DNA of 25,582 nucleotides from Tubiluchus corallicola (Eukaryota; Animalia; Priapulida): assembly GCA_030141605.1 (NCBI GenBank), contig JAQGDQ010001785.1:1-25582 (forward strand). Direction: 5' to 3'. This document shows, piece after piece, positions 10,131 through 19,483 of the stretch (the first letter of the stretch is position 1; each line of letters begins with the position of its first letter). A model generated the notes under the pieces. The model did no database searches. It saw nothing but the letters and a program-made list of their open reading frames with translations, and was not told the DNA's origin. The translations under genes were made by a program, and so were the position numbers.

Positions 10131-10706
10131 TAACAGCTACAGTAAAAATAAATTATTTAATGTTCTAAGAATATTCTGCTTTCGTACCGTGATATGCAAA
10201 CAGAGGAAGATTTTTGAAAAGCAGTATAAATCCTCTTGTATACCAGACATTAGGCTGCCATAGTTTTGACGTACAAACAATATTCTCAAATTTCATCTGA
10301 GAATAATTTACATGAATCTGCCGGATTTTTATAAAACACCAAACAGCATTTTTTACGATTTCTTTGCCATCTTTAAATTGTTTTTCTTTAAATTATATAC
10401 CTATTAATCTGGTGTTTTTGTCCATTTATCCACTTTTTACGTTTCATGACAATTGCTTACTTTACATTTTTTACTTTTATTACTTATTAAATATTATTAA
10501 TTGCTACTAATAATGTCATAATGTGTAATTTAATAACTGCAAATTTTTCTCTTAATTTTATCAATAATTATGTTTACTTTTCTATTATTTTCCACGATTC
10601 TTTCATTATAATAAGTTCATACACTTAAATTCTTATAGCAATTTTTTTTTACTTTTAATAGGCATTTGAGTTTCGTGGTAGTTATGCAGAATTTTACTAT
10701 TTATAG

Positions 10707-11515
10707 CTTGTGATCAATGCCAAAATGGCGGAACATGCAATCTAATCGAAGGGAAGACGTTTACCTATGAGTGCACATGTGGTGAAGATTATACAGGACA
10801 TGATTGTCAATACACAAATCCCTGTTCACCAAGTAATGACCCATGTCTGAATGGAGGAACTTGTGAGCTGATAGATGGAGATCCACCTGCCTATAACTGC
10901 GCATGCGCTGAAGGTTACGAAGGAGAAAACTGTGAAAATCTAGCCAATCCGTGTGCTCCAAACCCCTGTCAAAATGGCGGCACATGTGATTCTGCCTATA
11001 CCCCATTTTACTGCTGGTGTGTGTCTGGTTGGATGGGTCCACTGTGTGACGTCATCAACCCGTGCTGTTCTGGCGACGTTCTTTGCGAAAATGGAGGAAC
11101 ATGTCAGTACATAATAGATGGACAGTCTGCGACGTACCAATGCCAGTGCCAACCCGAATATTCAGGGAATAACTGCGCCTTCCTGAACCCATGCTATAAC
11201 GGTACAGATTTATGCGAGAATAATGGAACATGTACACCATCAGAAGCCAACTCAACAGGAATTGCTTGCACTTGTAGTGAAGATTATACTGGAGATTACT
11301 GCGAACACCTGAATCCATGTTCACCGAATAACAATCCATGTAGAAATGATGAAGTATGTTCAATAATTAACGATCCACCTGAAGCTCACTGTGTGAAGTG
11401 TGAGACGAGGAAAATACTGCAGAGTGATTTGATAAGAATGAAGCGTGAAAGAAGAAGAAGAATTCTAAACAAACGACTTGAATTAGCACCCAGGAGCAAG
11501 GGAAGCAAGAAATAA
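10707..11515 (+). CDS. Ig + EGF protein, exon 3 (five full EGF repeats, one partial, basic tail)
   Basis: Acceptor TTTATAG| in phase 1. Open frame CDQCQNGGTC..CTCGEDYTGHDC with repeated NPC..C.NGGTC..C.C..GY.G..C, continuous with ORF 11021-11515. Confidence 0.85.
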
Positions 11516-11576
11516 AAATGAAAACGAAATTGAATTTAAAATTCGAAACCCTTTTAAAAATTAGAATGTCAACTGC

Positions 11577-11941
11577 GCATTCAGACTAGCAAGTTTTATG
11601 ATTGTTTCTTTCTAACAGCAAACTCACAAGTGTGAACAGCTTTACGAGTTACTCTCAGTAAGAAATTGCAAACTCTCTGACAGTTTCTGTGAGTCGATTT
11701 AATTTCTAGTGTAAATGCCTCGGCAAGTTACTTTCTAGTGTGAATGCCTCGGCAAGTTACTTACTAGTGTGAACGCCCCGACAAGTTACTTTCAACATTT
11801 TTCGTAGTGAAATGAGGAAGCAATACTAACTCTCACTTACAATCGGAGAGTAACTCGCTGCAAGTTTTGCTCTCTAGACTGAACACACTTGCCAGTTACT
11901 TGACGAGTTAACCTGGAGAGGAGACTCGCTAGTCTGAATGC
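11577..11941. mobile_element. MITE with terminal inverted repeats (PIF/Harbinger-like) and internal 29-bp repeats
   Basis: GCATTCAGACTAGC(A)AG ... CTCGCTAGTCTGAATGC termini. Three copies of CTAGTGTRAAYGCCYCGRCAAGTTACTT at 11706, 11735 and 11764. Confidence 0.7.
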
Positions 11942-12007
11942 ATCGTAAAAGCGAGGGAAATTTAATACAATTTTTTATTTCTTTGTCTCACACAAAAACA
12001 TGTAACA

Positions 12008-12410
12008 ACAGACATAGACATAGACATTTTTATTTATCTCCTCATTTACACCAGTATACAAATTGACTATTATTTTTATAGTTATTGATTAAAAAGGTAA
12101 AAATTAAGCATAAAGGAAAGAGTTAGGGGGGTGCAGGAGAAAGGGTAGCGAAAGACCAATTGGTCATCGAGTCAGTTACCCTTCTCAGGTTAGTGAAAAT
12201 TGTAAAAAAATTGTAGTGCTGCTGTTAACATGAATTTATGGGGGGGGGATGGTATACGTTAAACATGAAAGCGAAATAACTAAATAAGCTATGCAACAAA
12301 GAAATAAAATGAAAAATATGAAATGATGATTAACAAAATATGTAAAGCATTTAACTAACCGATTATAACATAAAACAAACTAGAGAAAAGTCAAACCAAA
12401 AAAAAAAATA
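12008..12410 (-). mobile_element. Probable retroelement 3'-UTR remnant
   Basis: Minus strand ends AAATAAAAA(TGTCTA)n, preceded by a stem-loop (GAGAAAGGGTA..TACCCTTCTC) as in CR1/L2-type 3' ends. No ORF support. Confidence 0.35.
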
Positions 12411-12411
12411 A

Positions 12412-13413
12412 AACATAGATAATAAAGCAGTGAATGAAACAAAATTCGTTATTGTGATTGTCGCGCGATATAGAAGCGGTTCCTCTTTCACTGGGGAAAT
12501 CTTTAACAGCCACCCAAACGTATTCTACATCTATGAGCCTCTGCATGCATTGTTTCATTGCTTTAAAATATTGCAACAACTTCATGTACTGACAAACGAA
12601 ACCTGGTCTCATGAACAAAAAACCAGGGTGAAAAACGAAGTGGTTTTAAATGTTCTAAACTGCATTCCAGACGAACTGTATCTCAATGAAAAATACAATA
12701 TGCAACATGCGAATTTGCTACATCATTCCTCAGCGGTTAGAAGATTTCTGTCATGTGACGACCAGCATGGATCTGATACCGATAGAAAATCGTGTAAAAG
12801 CGAGGATTTGCGAAATTTTCTTCAAAACAAGGACATTTTAATTCCCCAGGTTTGCAACGGTCATCTGTATTCGGTGGTCAAAGTTATTCGGATGACCGTT
12901 GCCGAGGCCGCAGAACTACTTGAAGACGAACAACGCGGACTGGACGTCAAACTTGTGCATCTAGTGAGAGACCCTCGCGGAATGCTGAGATCAAAGTACG
13001 TGTATGGAAATAGTAAACCTGTGTCGAAAGTAGAGAGAGACTCAAAACTTTTGTGTGATAGCATGTATAGAGATGTAGTTGTTGGTGCAGAAGTTCAGAA
13101 ACGCCGACCTGGTAAATACGTCTTAGTTCGCTATGAAGACATTGCAGCTGAACCTTTGAAAATGGCCAAAGAATTGTACAGATTTGCTGGTATTCCACTG
13201 CACGACCATGTCTTTAATTGGATATATAAAAATACGGGTCATGCAAGTAACAATGCCAATGACACTGTAGATGAAACGGAGAGACGTTTTGGGCAGTGGA
13301 GGAGGAACTCCACAGATACGTCGCTAAGGTGGAAATCATAAATATCGGCAGAGTACGCTAAAATAATCGAATGAAAATGTTTTAAGTTCATGAAATTAGT
13401 AAAATATTTGTGA
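12412..13413 (+). pseudogene. Carbohydrate sulfotransferase, CHST1/3/4/5/6-like (Gal/GlcNAc-6-O-sulfotransferase); no N-terminus and stops in the C-terminal helix
   Basis: 5'-PSB RSGSSFTGEIF..FYIYEP, 3'-PB VHLVRDPRGMLRS, and VRYEDIA. No upstream in-frame ATG or TM anchor (TAA at 12409). Homology continues past TAA 13339 and TGA 13372 (WKS*ISAEYAKIIE*KCFKFMKLVKY). Confidence 0.75.
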
Positions 13414-13559
13414 TGATCAGAAACGAGTCAAGCTATCACGACACCTAGATTGAAAGTTGTTAATTAGTGAAATGTCAAATGTTGTGCTACAAATGCTTTG
13501 TTTATTTTTTCATAATTTACTCAATGTTATCCTCATATCTTCAGACACGGTTCGTTTAA

Positions 13560-13946
13560 CTGCTGGAAAGATTTATGTAAGCAGAAATAATAACTTAAAA
13601 TGTTCGTATTAATTGGTAAAATGTCACTGATTCACCCTCCAGGCTGCGTCACTCAATAACCAAAAACGTATTTTTAATCTTATTGACAATATACAGTAAT
13701 TTAAAATTTTACTTTGTTAGTACCTTGCATGCAACGAATGCCCTGATTATTTTTTCAAACTTTACTCAGTGTTATCTGAACTTGTTCCAACGACCATCAC
13801 AATGACTACGCTTGACAGTCATCCCGGGAATTTAAATTTACAAGTTTTATGCACCATGCTGCCGGCGCAAGCCCTGCATGCAAAAAGGCAGTAAGTAAGT
13901 GGTATAAAATTTTAAGTTTTATGTAAGTGGAGGGTTTTCTTGTGCT
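13560..13946 (+). mobile_element. 5'-truncated copy of the TTAA-type MITE
   Basis: Colinear with 1103-1507 and ends GGGTTTTCTTGTGCT|ttaa. Confidence 0.7.
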
Positions 13947-14346
13947 TTAATCCCAATGAGCTAATCAGTTTCTTGTGGAAGCACAAAAAGATAATAGATG
14001 ACGACAATAAAAAAGAAGAAAGGCAAAAGGGACAATTTTAATAAAATCAAAAGTAAAAACAATGTTAAGTAAGTTAATTAAATGTTAAAAATAGCCTTAC
14101 AATGATAAAACTGATAACAAACATATAAGAAAACAATGGTAAAGACGACAAAGTCAGATAAACAAAGGATAATAATGTTGTCATCATATTAGCCTAATCT
14201 TATCATATCTATGACATTCTAGAAAATAGTGTTTAGCATCTTTATCTTGTCAACAACATAAACAACATCGTTTTCTTTCTACATGTTTCTTAACAAAATC
14301 ATTAATTTGTTTGCAGTGCACTGTCAGCTTTGATGTTTTAATGCAT

Positions 14347-14592
14347 GTTCAGGGACTGTCGTGTTACGTGCAACTAACACACATGAAAAAAGTTCATCTG
14401 GTGCAGTCCCGGGGTGATCTCAGGGTCAATCTCAGGGTGATTTTTAGAAAAAAATCGTTTATCTTTATCTCATTATGTCGAAAAAGGAAAGTCGGACCCA
14501 GGGATGAAAAAAAACAATTTGTGGCTTCAGCCACGAAACAAATGATCAAAACATGAAAAGGGCAGGACGTCAGAAGATTTTTTGCCTCCGTG
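14347..14592 (-). repeat. Inserted dispersed element (starts CACGGAGGCAAAAAA) downstream of paralogue B; inverted copy at 25337-25582
   Basis: Absent at the homologous position after paralogue A. Near-identical to the reverse complement of the window end. Internal ACCCTGAGAT direct repeats. Confidence 0.6.
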
Positions 14593-14948
14593 TGCAACAC
14601 GTACTTGCTCTGTCACTGAACTTAGAACAAGTACAATAAACTAAAATTGACCCTCACTGTAGCAGAATATTGTGCTAGTGACTTCATGCGGTTACTAAGA
14701 TTCAAATTAGGTCAAAATCTCTACTAGTTTTTGCTTTAAGAATCACAAAGCCTGAACCATTTCTGTGACACATTAACAAGTAAATGTCAACAAAAACTCG
14801 AATTGCAGCAAACATCAATTAAAATTAATTTCCCGGTGGATTACGTTCCATTGTAAATGTTCCCATGGGAAGAGCTTCTAAATGTTCCCCTACTTTTTCT
14901 CCTTTAGTTGTTTTTCTTATTTTACTTGTTGTCCTCCATTGCCATTCA

Positions 14949-17669
14949 TCAGGGATCAGCACGTTGGCAGTTGCATTTCTTAATTTGCATAAAGAGTCGA
15001 TAATTGTTCTGCCAGTCTTTTAAAGGGCACACGAGTACCCCTCCTGCAGGTACTGCTGAATAAAACGTGAAATTTGCATTGTAGTGGAACACAGTGTACG
15101 ACTCAGTTAGTGAACTGAGTACATCCTTTTCTGCTTCACTGTGACTCAAATCAACAAATGAGAACTTCATTAAGTTAGGCAATGTGTGATTCCAGAGCCT
15201 GCATTCTATTTGACATTTATTTCTGCACTCTGTGTCAATTCCTCCTTTCTCCACACAGTTCTTCTCACATGTTGATTGACAATAGCCGTAATCTTTAACT
15301 GGAGAATGCCGCCGTCTTCTTGTGGGTAATAAAGTTGTTTTCTTCAGCTCATAAGGTTGACAGTTTTGCGAACACTTTCTTCTGCATTTCCGTTCTTCAC
15401 TACACTTCATATTATCAATACATGGACCAGCACAATAGCAGTAACATTTATTTTTCTCTACACAAGTCTTTTTGCAATCTGGCACACATGTATTCTGGTT
15501 ACTCGTTTCTGCACATCGGTCTGCGCAGATAGAATGACATTTTTCATTTCTGGTGTTCTCACACTGTACTATTTTCGTGCAGCTACGTTCGCTAGAAGCT
15601 TCACAATCCTCAATACATTCACCGTGCTCGCGTCTTCCTTTCACGGTGTCACAATTGGGTTTGTATTCAAGGATCAGCCTTTTTACACAAACACAATGAT
15701 GATTCGTACAATCTTCCTTACACTTTTTACTTGTATCCTTACAGTCATTCTTACACTTTTCATTATTCTTACATTTGTTTATACAGTCTTGCTCTGCATT
15801 CTTACACCTGTCCTCACAAAAGCATCGACACCTAATAGCTTTTGGATGCTTGTAATCGGGACAAAAATGTTCAGCACAGCGCCTAAAACAATGCTTAAAC
15901 GCGCGCTTCTGTCTCTTACATTTAGGATAACACTCCGATTTACACTCTTGATATAATTTACAATTTCTGATCACTTCCGGGGGTAGGCGCCGTTTTACTC
16001 TCTTTATTGTCCTTTTTGCCCTCACATTTTGCAATTCGGGATTTGAGGATTTCCAGTGCCTGCATTCTATTTTACATTTATTCCTGCACTCTGTGTTAAT
16101 TCCTCCTTTCTCCACACAGTTCTTCTCACATGTTGTTTGACAATAGCCGTAATCTTTAACTGGAGAATGCCGCCGTCTTCTGGTGGGTCTTTTCTTCTTT
16201 TTGGATTTGCATATTGCTACGCAGTTGGTTTGACATACTTCTGGATTGTAAGTAGCATCACACAGACTTGCACAGTCTCCCAAGCATTCTTCAGATGGCG
16301 TAGGAGAAACTGTTGTTGTTGTACTTGTTGGTAAGCTCACTGTTGTTGTTCTTGTTGTTGGTAAGCTCACTGTTGTTGTTCTTGTTGTTGTTAAGCTCAC
16401 TGTTGTTGTTCTTGTTGTTGGTAAGCTCACTGTTGTTGTTCTTGTTGTTGGTAAGCTCACTGTTGTTGTTCTTGTTGTTGGTAATAAAGTTGTTCTCTTC
16501 AGCTCATAAGGTTGACAGTTTTGCGAACACTTTCTTCTGCATTTCCGTTCTTCACTACACTTCATATCATCAATACATGGACCAGCACAATAGCAGTAGC
16601 ATTTATTTTTCTCTATGCAAGTCTTTTTGCAATCTGGCACACATGTATTCTGGTTACTCGTTTCTCCACATCGGTCTGTGCAGATAGAATGACATTTTTC
16701 ATTTCTGGTGTTCTCACACTGTACTATTTTCGTGCAGCTACGTTCTAGTTCACAATCCTCAATACATTCACCGTGCTCGTGTCTTCCTTTCACGGTGTCA
16801 CAATTGGGTTTGTATTCAAGGGTCAGCCTTTTTACACAAACGCAATGATGATTCGTACAATCTTCCTTACACTTTTTACTTGTATCCTTACAGTCATTCT
16901 TACACTTTTCATTATTCTTACATTTGTTTATACAGTCTTGCTCTGTATTCTTGCACCTGTCCTCACAGAAGCATCGACACCTAATAGCTTTTGGATGCTT
17001 GTAATCGGGACAAAAATGTTCAGCACAGCGCCTAAAACAATGCTTAAACGCGCGCTTCTGTCTCTTACATTTAGGATAACACTCCGATTTACACTCTTGA
17101 TATAATTTACAATTTCCGATCACTTCCGGGGGTAGGCGTCGTTTTATTCTCTTTGTTTTTCTTTTTGCCCTCACATTTTGCAATTCGGGATTTGAGTTTT
17201 TCTGATGAACAGGACTAATATTTTCAAATACTTTCAAGCTAACTGATGCAATGCTACATCTCACTCGTGTCTCATTATTGTAGAGAACCGCTGCAAGGCA
17301 GGTACTTTTTCCAGTTGGCTTTTCTGTAGGTTCCGTTATTTTTATGCCACAGTCCTTTATTTCGTTCCATGTTACATATCTTACAGACTCTAAGTTAACT
17401 TCAGACTGTTCCACTAAGTAATGTTTAGTGCAGTCTTGCTTGCAGATTGTTTCTGAGCCAATAGAACACATTTCATCCAAATCATAATCTGAGAATATTC
17501 CTGTGTTAATTTTAAACTCTCGTTGAAAACCGTCAACTGGACGAGCAAAATCGCAAACATCAGAACTGTTTGAATAGAATATTTCAAATCCCCAAGTTTC
17601 AATGGAAAACAGGAGAAAGTTTAGCAATATTATTGCATTAATGCATCTACAGGTTAGTAAAAACCACAT
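14949..17669 (-). CDS. Secreted Cys-rich (CxxxC-repeat) precursor protein, paralogue B, 906 aa, intronless, internally duplicated
   Basis: Intact ORF with signal peptide ending IETWG. Sites RAKRKTKRIKRR, RAKRTIKRVKRR and RRRR twice. Two near-identical Cys modules, (PTTRTTTVSL)n, and a C-domain shared with A and C. Confidence 0.9.
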   Translation of the reverse strand: MWFLLTCRCINAIILLNFLLFSIETWGFEIFYSNSSDVCDFARPVDGFQREFKINTGIFSDYDLDEMCSIGSETICKQDCTKHYLVEQSEVNLESVRYVTWNEIKDCGIKITEPTEKPTGKSTCLAAVLYNNETRVRCSIASVSLKVFENISPVHQKNSNPELQNVRAKRKTKRIKRRLPPEVIGNCKLYQECKSECYPKCKRQKRAFKHCFRRCAEHFCPDYKHPKAIRCRCFCEDRCKNTEQDCINKCKNNEKCKNDCKDTSKKCKEDCTNHHCVCVKRLTLEYKPNCDTVKGRHEHGECIEDCELERSCTKIVQCENTRNEKCHSICTDRCGETSNQNTCVPDCKKTCIEKNKCYCYCAGPCIDDMKCSEERKCRRKCSQNCQPYELKRTTLLPTTRTTTVSLPTTRTTTVSLPTTRTTTVSLTTTRTTTVSLPTTRTTTVSLPTSTTTTVSPTPSEECLGDCASLCDATYNPEVCQTNCVAICKSKKKKRPTRRRRHSPVKDYGYCQTTCEKNCVEKGGINTECRNKCKIECRHWKSSNPELQNVRAKRTIKRVKRRLPPEVIRNCKLYQECKSECYPKCKRQKRAFKHCFRRCAEHFCPDYKHPKAIRCRCFCEDRCKNAEQDCINKCKNNEKCKNDCKDTSKKCKEDCTNHHCVCVKRLILEYKPNCDTVKGRREHGECIEDCEASSERSCTKIVQCENTRNEKCHSICADRCAETSNQNTCVPDCKKTCVEKNKCYCYCAGPCIDNMKCSEERKCRRKCSQNCQPYELKKTTLLPTRRRRHSPVKDYGYCQSTCEKNCVEKGGIDTECRNKCQIECRLWNHTLPNLMKFSFVDLSHSEAEKDVLSSLTESYTVFHYNANFTFYSAVPAGGVLVCPLKDWQNNYRLFMQIKKCNCQRADP
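16311..16482 (-). repeat. 30-bp coding minisatellite (PTTRTTTVSL, about 6 copies)
   Basis: TGTTGTTGTTCTTGTTGTTGGTAAGCTCAC in tandem. Confidence 0.9.
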
Positions 17670-17694
17670 TGTTGTAACAGACGATTCAGAAGTT

Positions 17695-17726
17695 TCTCTG
17701 AATTAACTATTATATTCTCGTTTATA
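17695..17726 (-). promoter_or_regulatory. Putative TATA box and initiator of paralogue B
   Basis: TATAAA (17726-17721, minus) about 27 nt before a TTCAGA Inr-like site and 57 nt before ACAACAATG. The TATA is retained in the duplicate at ~19023-19028. Confidence 0.45.
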
Positions 17727-17870
17727 AGCACTTTAGACTTTGGAATTACTAAACAGCAGAATCAGAAAAGTGGATTGTTTTCTTAATGGAATAAACAATG
17801 CTAAACATGATTGTTCTGTCTTCATTGTTTTCAAAACGTTCCCAGGTTTGCTGTAATCAGTAATTGCAGC

Positions 17871-18021
17871 ATACGTAAAGCTAAAAAAAGTCGCCTTGAA
17901 ATTTTATATCACTTGCACATTGTCTTTTTGCATATTAGACCTGCGTCGACAATAACTCTGTATAAAACATAAATTTAAACTCCCACGATGACTGTTGGCG
18001 TAGCCATTTTGGCGATAAGTC
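17871..18021 (-). mobile_element. Diverged fragment of the TTAA-type MITE upstream of paralogue B
   Basis: Reverse complement aligns with 1337-1488 (CAAAATGGCTACG..GTTTAAATTT..TTCAAGGCGA). Confidence 0.55.
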
Positions 18022-18154
18022 TGTAAAGAAAAGACGGGATTTGAAGGTAATTTGATGCTTTAAAGGGGGGGGGGCGCTGTAGATCCGAGGTTCCTAAATT
18101 ACCCTTTATTTAGTAATCGAAAACGTGAGTAAAAAGAGAAAAAAATTTATATGC

Positions 18155-18431
18155 AGAACAGCATACTTACTTGTGTTTTAAACTTAGAACAGCATACTTA
18201 TTGATGTTTTAAACTTAGAACAGCATTATTACTGGTGTTTTAAACTTAGAACAGCATACTTACTGTGTTTTAAACTCAGAACAGCATACTTACTGATGTT
18301 TTAAACTTAGAACAGCATACTTACTGATGTTTTAAACTTAGAACAGCACACTTACTTGTGTTTTAAACTTAGAACAGCATACTTACTGATGTTTTAAACT
18401 TAGAACAGTATACATACTGGTGCTTTAAATT
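18155..18431. repeat. 31-bp minisatellite, 9 copies
   Basis: AGAACAGCATACTTACTGATGTTTTAAACTT head-to-tail with minor variants and no unique spacers. Confidence 0.92.
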
Positions 18432-18698
18432 GCTATAAAAAGAGAAACAGTTAACTAATATGCTGACATTATTTAATTAAGTTTAGAAAACTGAGTATCA
18501 TTAAGCATCCTCTTCATTGTCACATCTATCATATCCCTATATCACCCCCCCCCTCCCCCACAAACGATTCGCGCCATTTTTTCTTTCTTGCACGTTTTAC
18601 TTCCTGTTTTGCTACCAATAATATGAAGTTATATCATATTTCTCAGTGATTTCTGTACTAAGATTTTTTATATTGATGTTTATCTATATTCTGCAGTG

Positions 18699-19200
18699 AC
18701 TTCAGACTGTTCCATTAAGTAATGTTTAGTGCAGTCTTGCTGGCAGATTGTTTCTGAGCCAATAGAACACATTTCATCCAAATCATAATCTGAGAATATT
18801 TGTGTGTTAATTTTAAACTCTCTTTGAAAACGCGTCAACTGGACGAGCAAAATCGCAAACATCAGAACTGTTTGAATAGAATATTTCAAATACCCAAGTT
18901 TCAATGGAAAACAGGAGAAAGTTTAGCGATATTATTGCATTAATGCATCTACAGGTTAGTAAAAACCACATTGTTGTAACAGACGATTCAGAAGTTTTTC
19001 TAAATTAACTATTATATTCTCATTTATAAGCACCTTAGACTTTGGAATTACAAATTGAGTTTACTGCATCTTTTTAGTTTTTTGTTCTCACTAAACAGTA
19101 GATTCAGAAATGATTGTTTTTTAATGGAATAAACTTGAAAACAATGCTAAATATGTTTGTTCTTTCTTCATTGTTTTCAAGAAGTTCCCAGGTTTGCTGC
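18699..19200 (-). pseudogene. Duplicated promoter and 5' end (about 90 codons) of paralogue B, frameshifted and truncated
   Basis: Direct repeat of ~17398-17852. ATG at 18971, 1-nt insertion near 18832 (GACGCGTTTT vs GACGGTTTT), homology stops at ..EQSEV. Confidence 0.85.
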
Positions 19201-19483
19201 AATCATACACGTAGCCAATTTTGATTGAAATGCTTTGGACAATGAATTTCGAATTATCAAGAAATTGACGATACCCAACAATGTAAATAGTTCTAACTTT
19301 CTAAAATTATCTATCTAGATGTTTAAAAATACTTGCTTATAAAAACAACAATAAATGTGGAACTAAACAAAATGGTGGAAAAATTAACAGAAAATCTTGC
19401 TAGTTGAAAAGTGGGGATTAATATCTATAAGAGATCAGTGTTTGAAATAACAGAACATCTATGAAAATCATAAAGCACATTTA

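Noticed and set aside
15320-17105. Hydrophobic plus-strand ORFs, and the poly-Val ORF at 2738-3010
   Set aside because: Antisense shadows of the Cys/Lys- and Thr-rich coding strands.
18155-18431. CRISPR-like array (GTTTTA.. repeat, AACAGCATA resembling tracrRNA)
   Set aside because: Units are contiguous 31-mers without unique spacers, there are no cas genes, and the context is eukaryotic.
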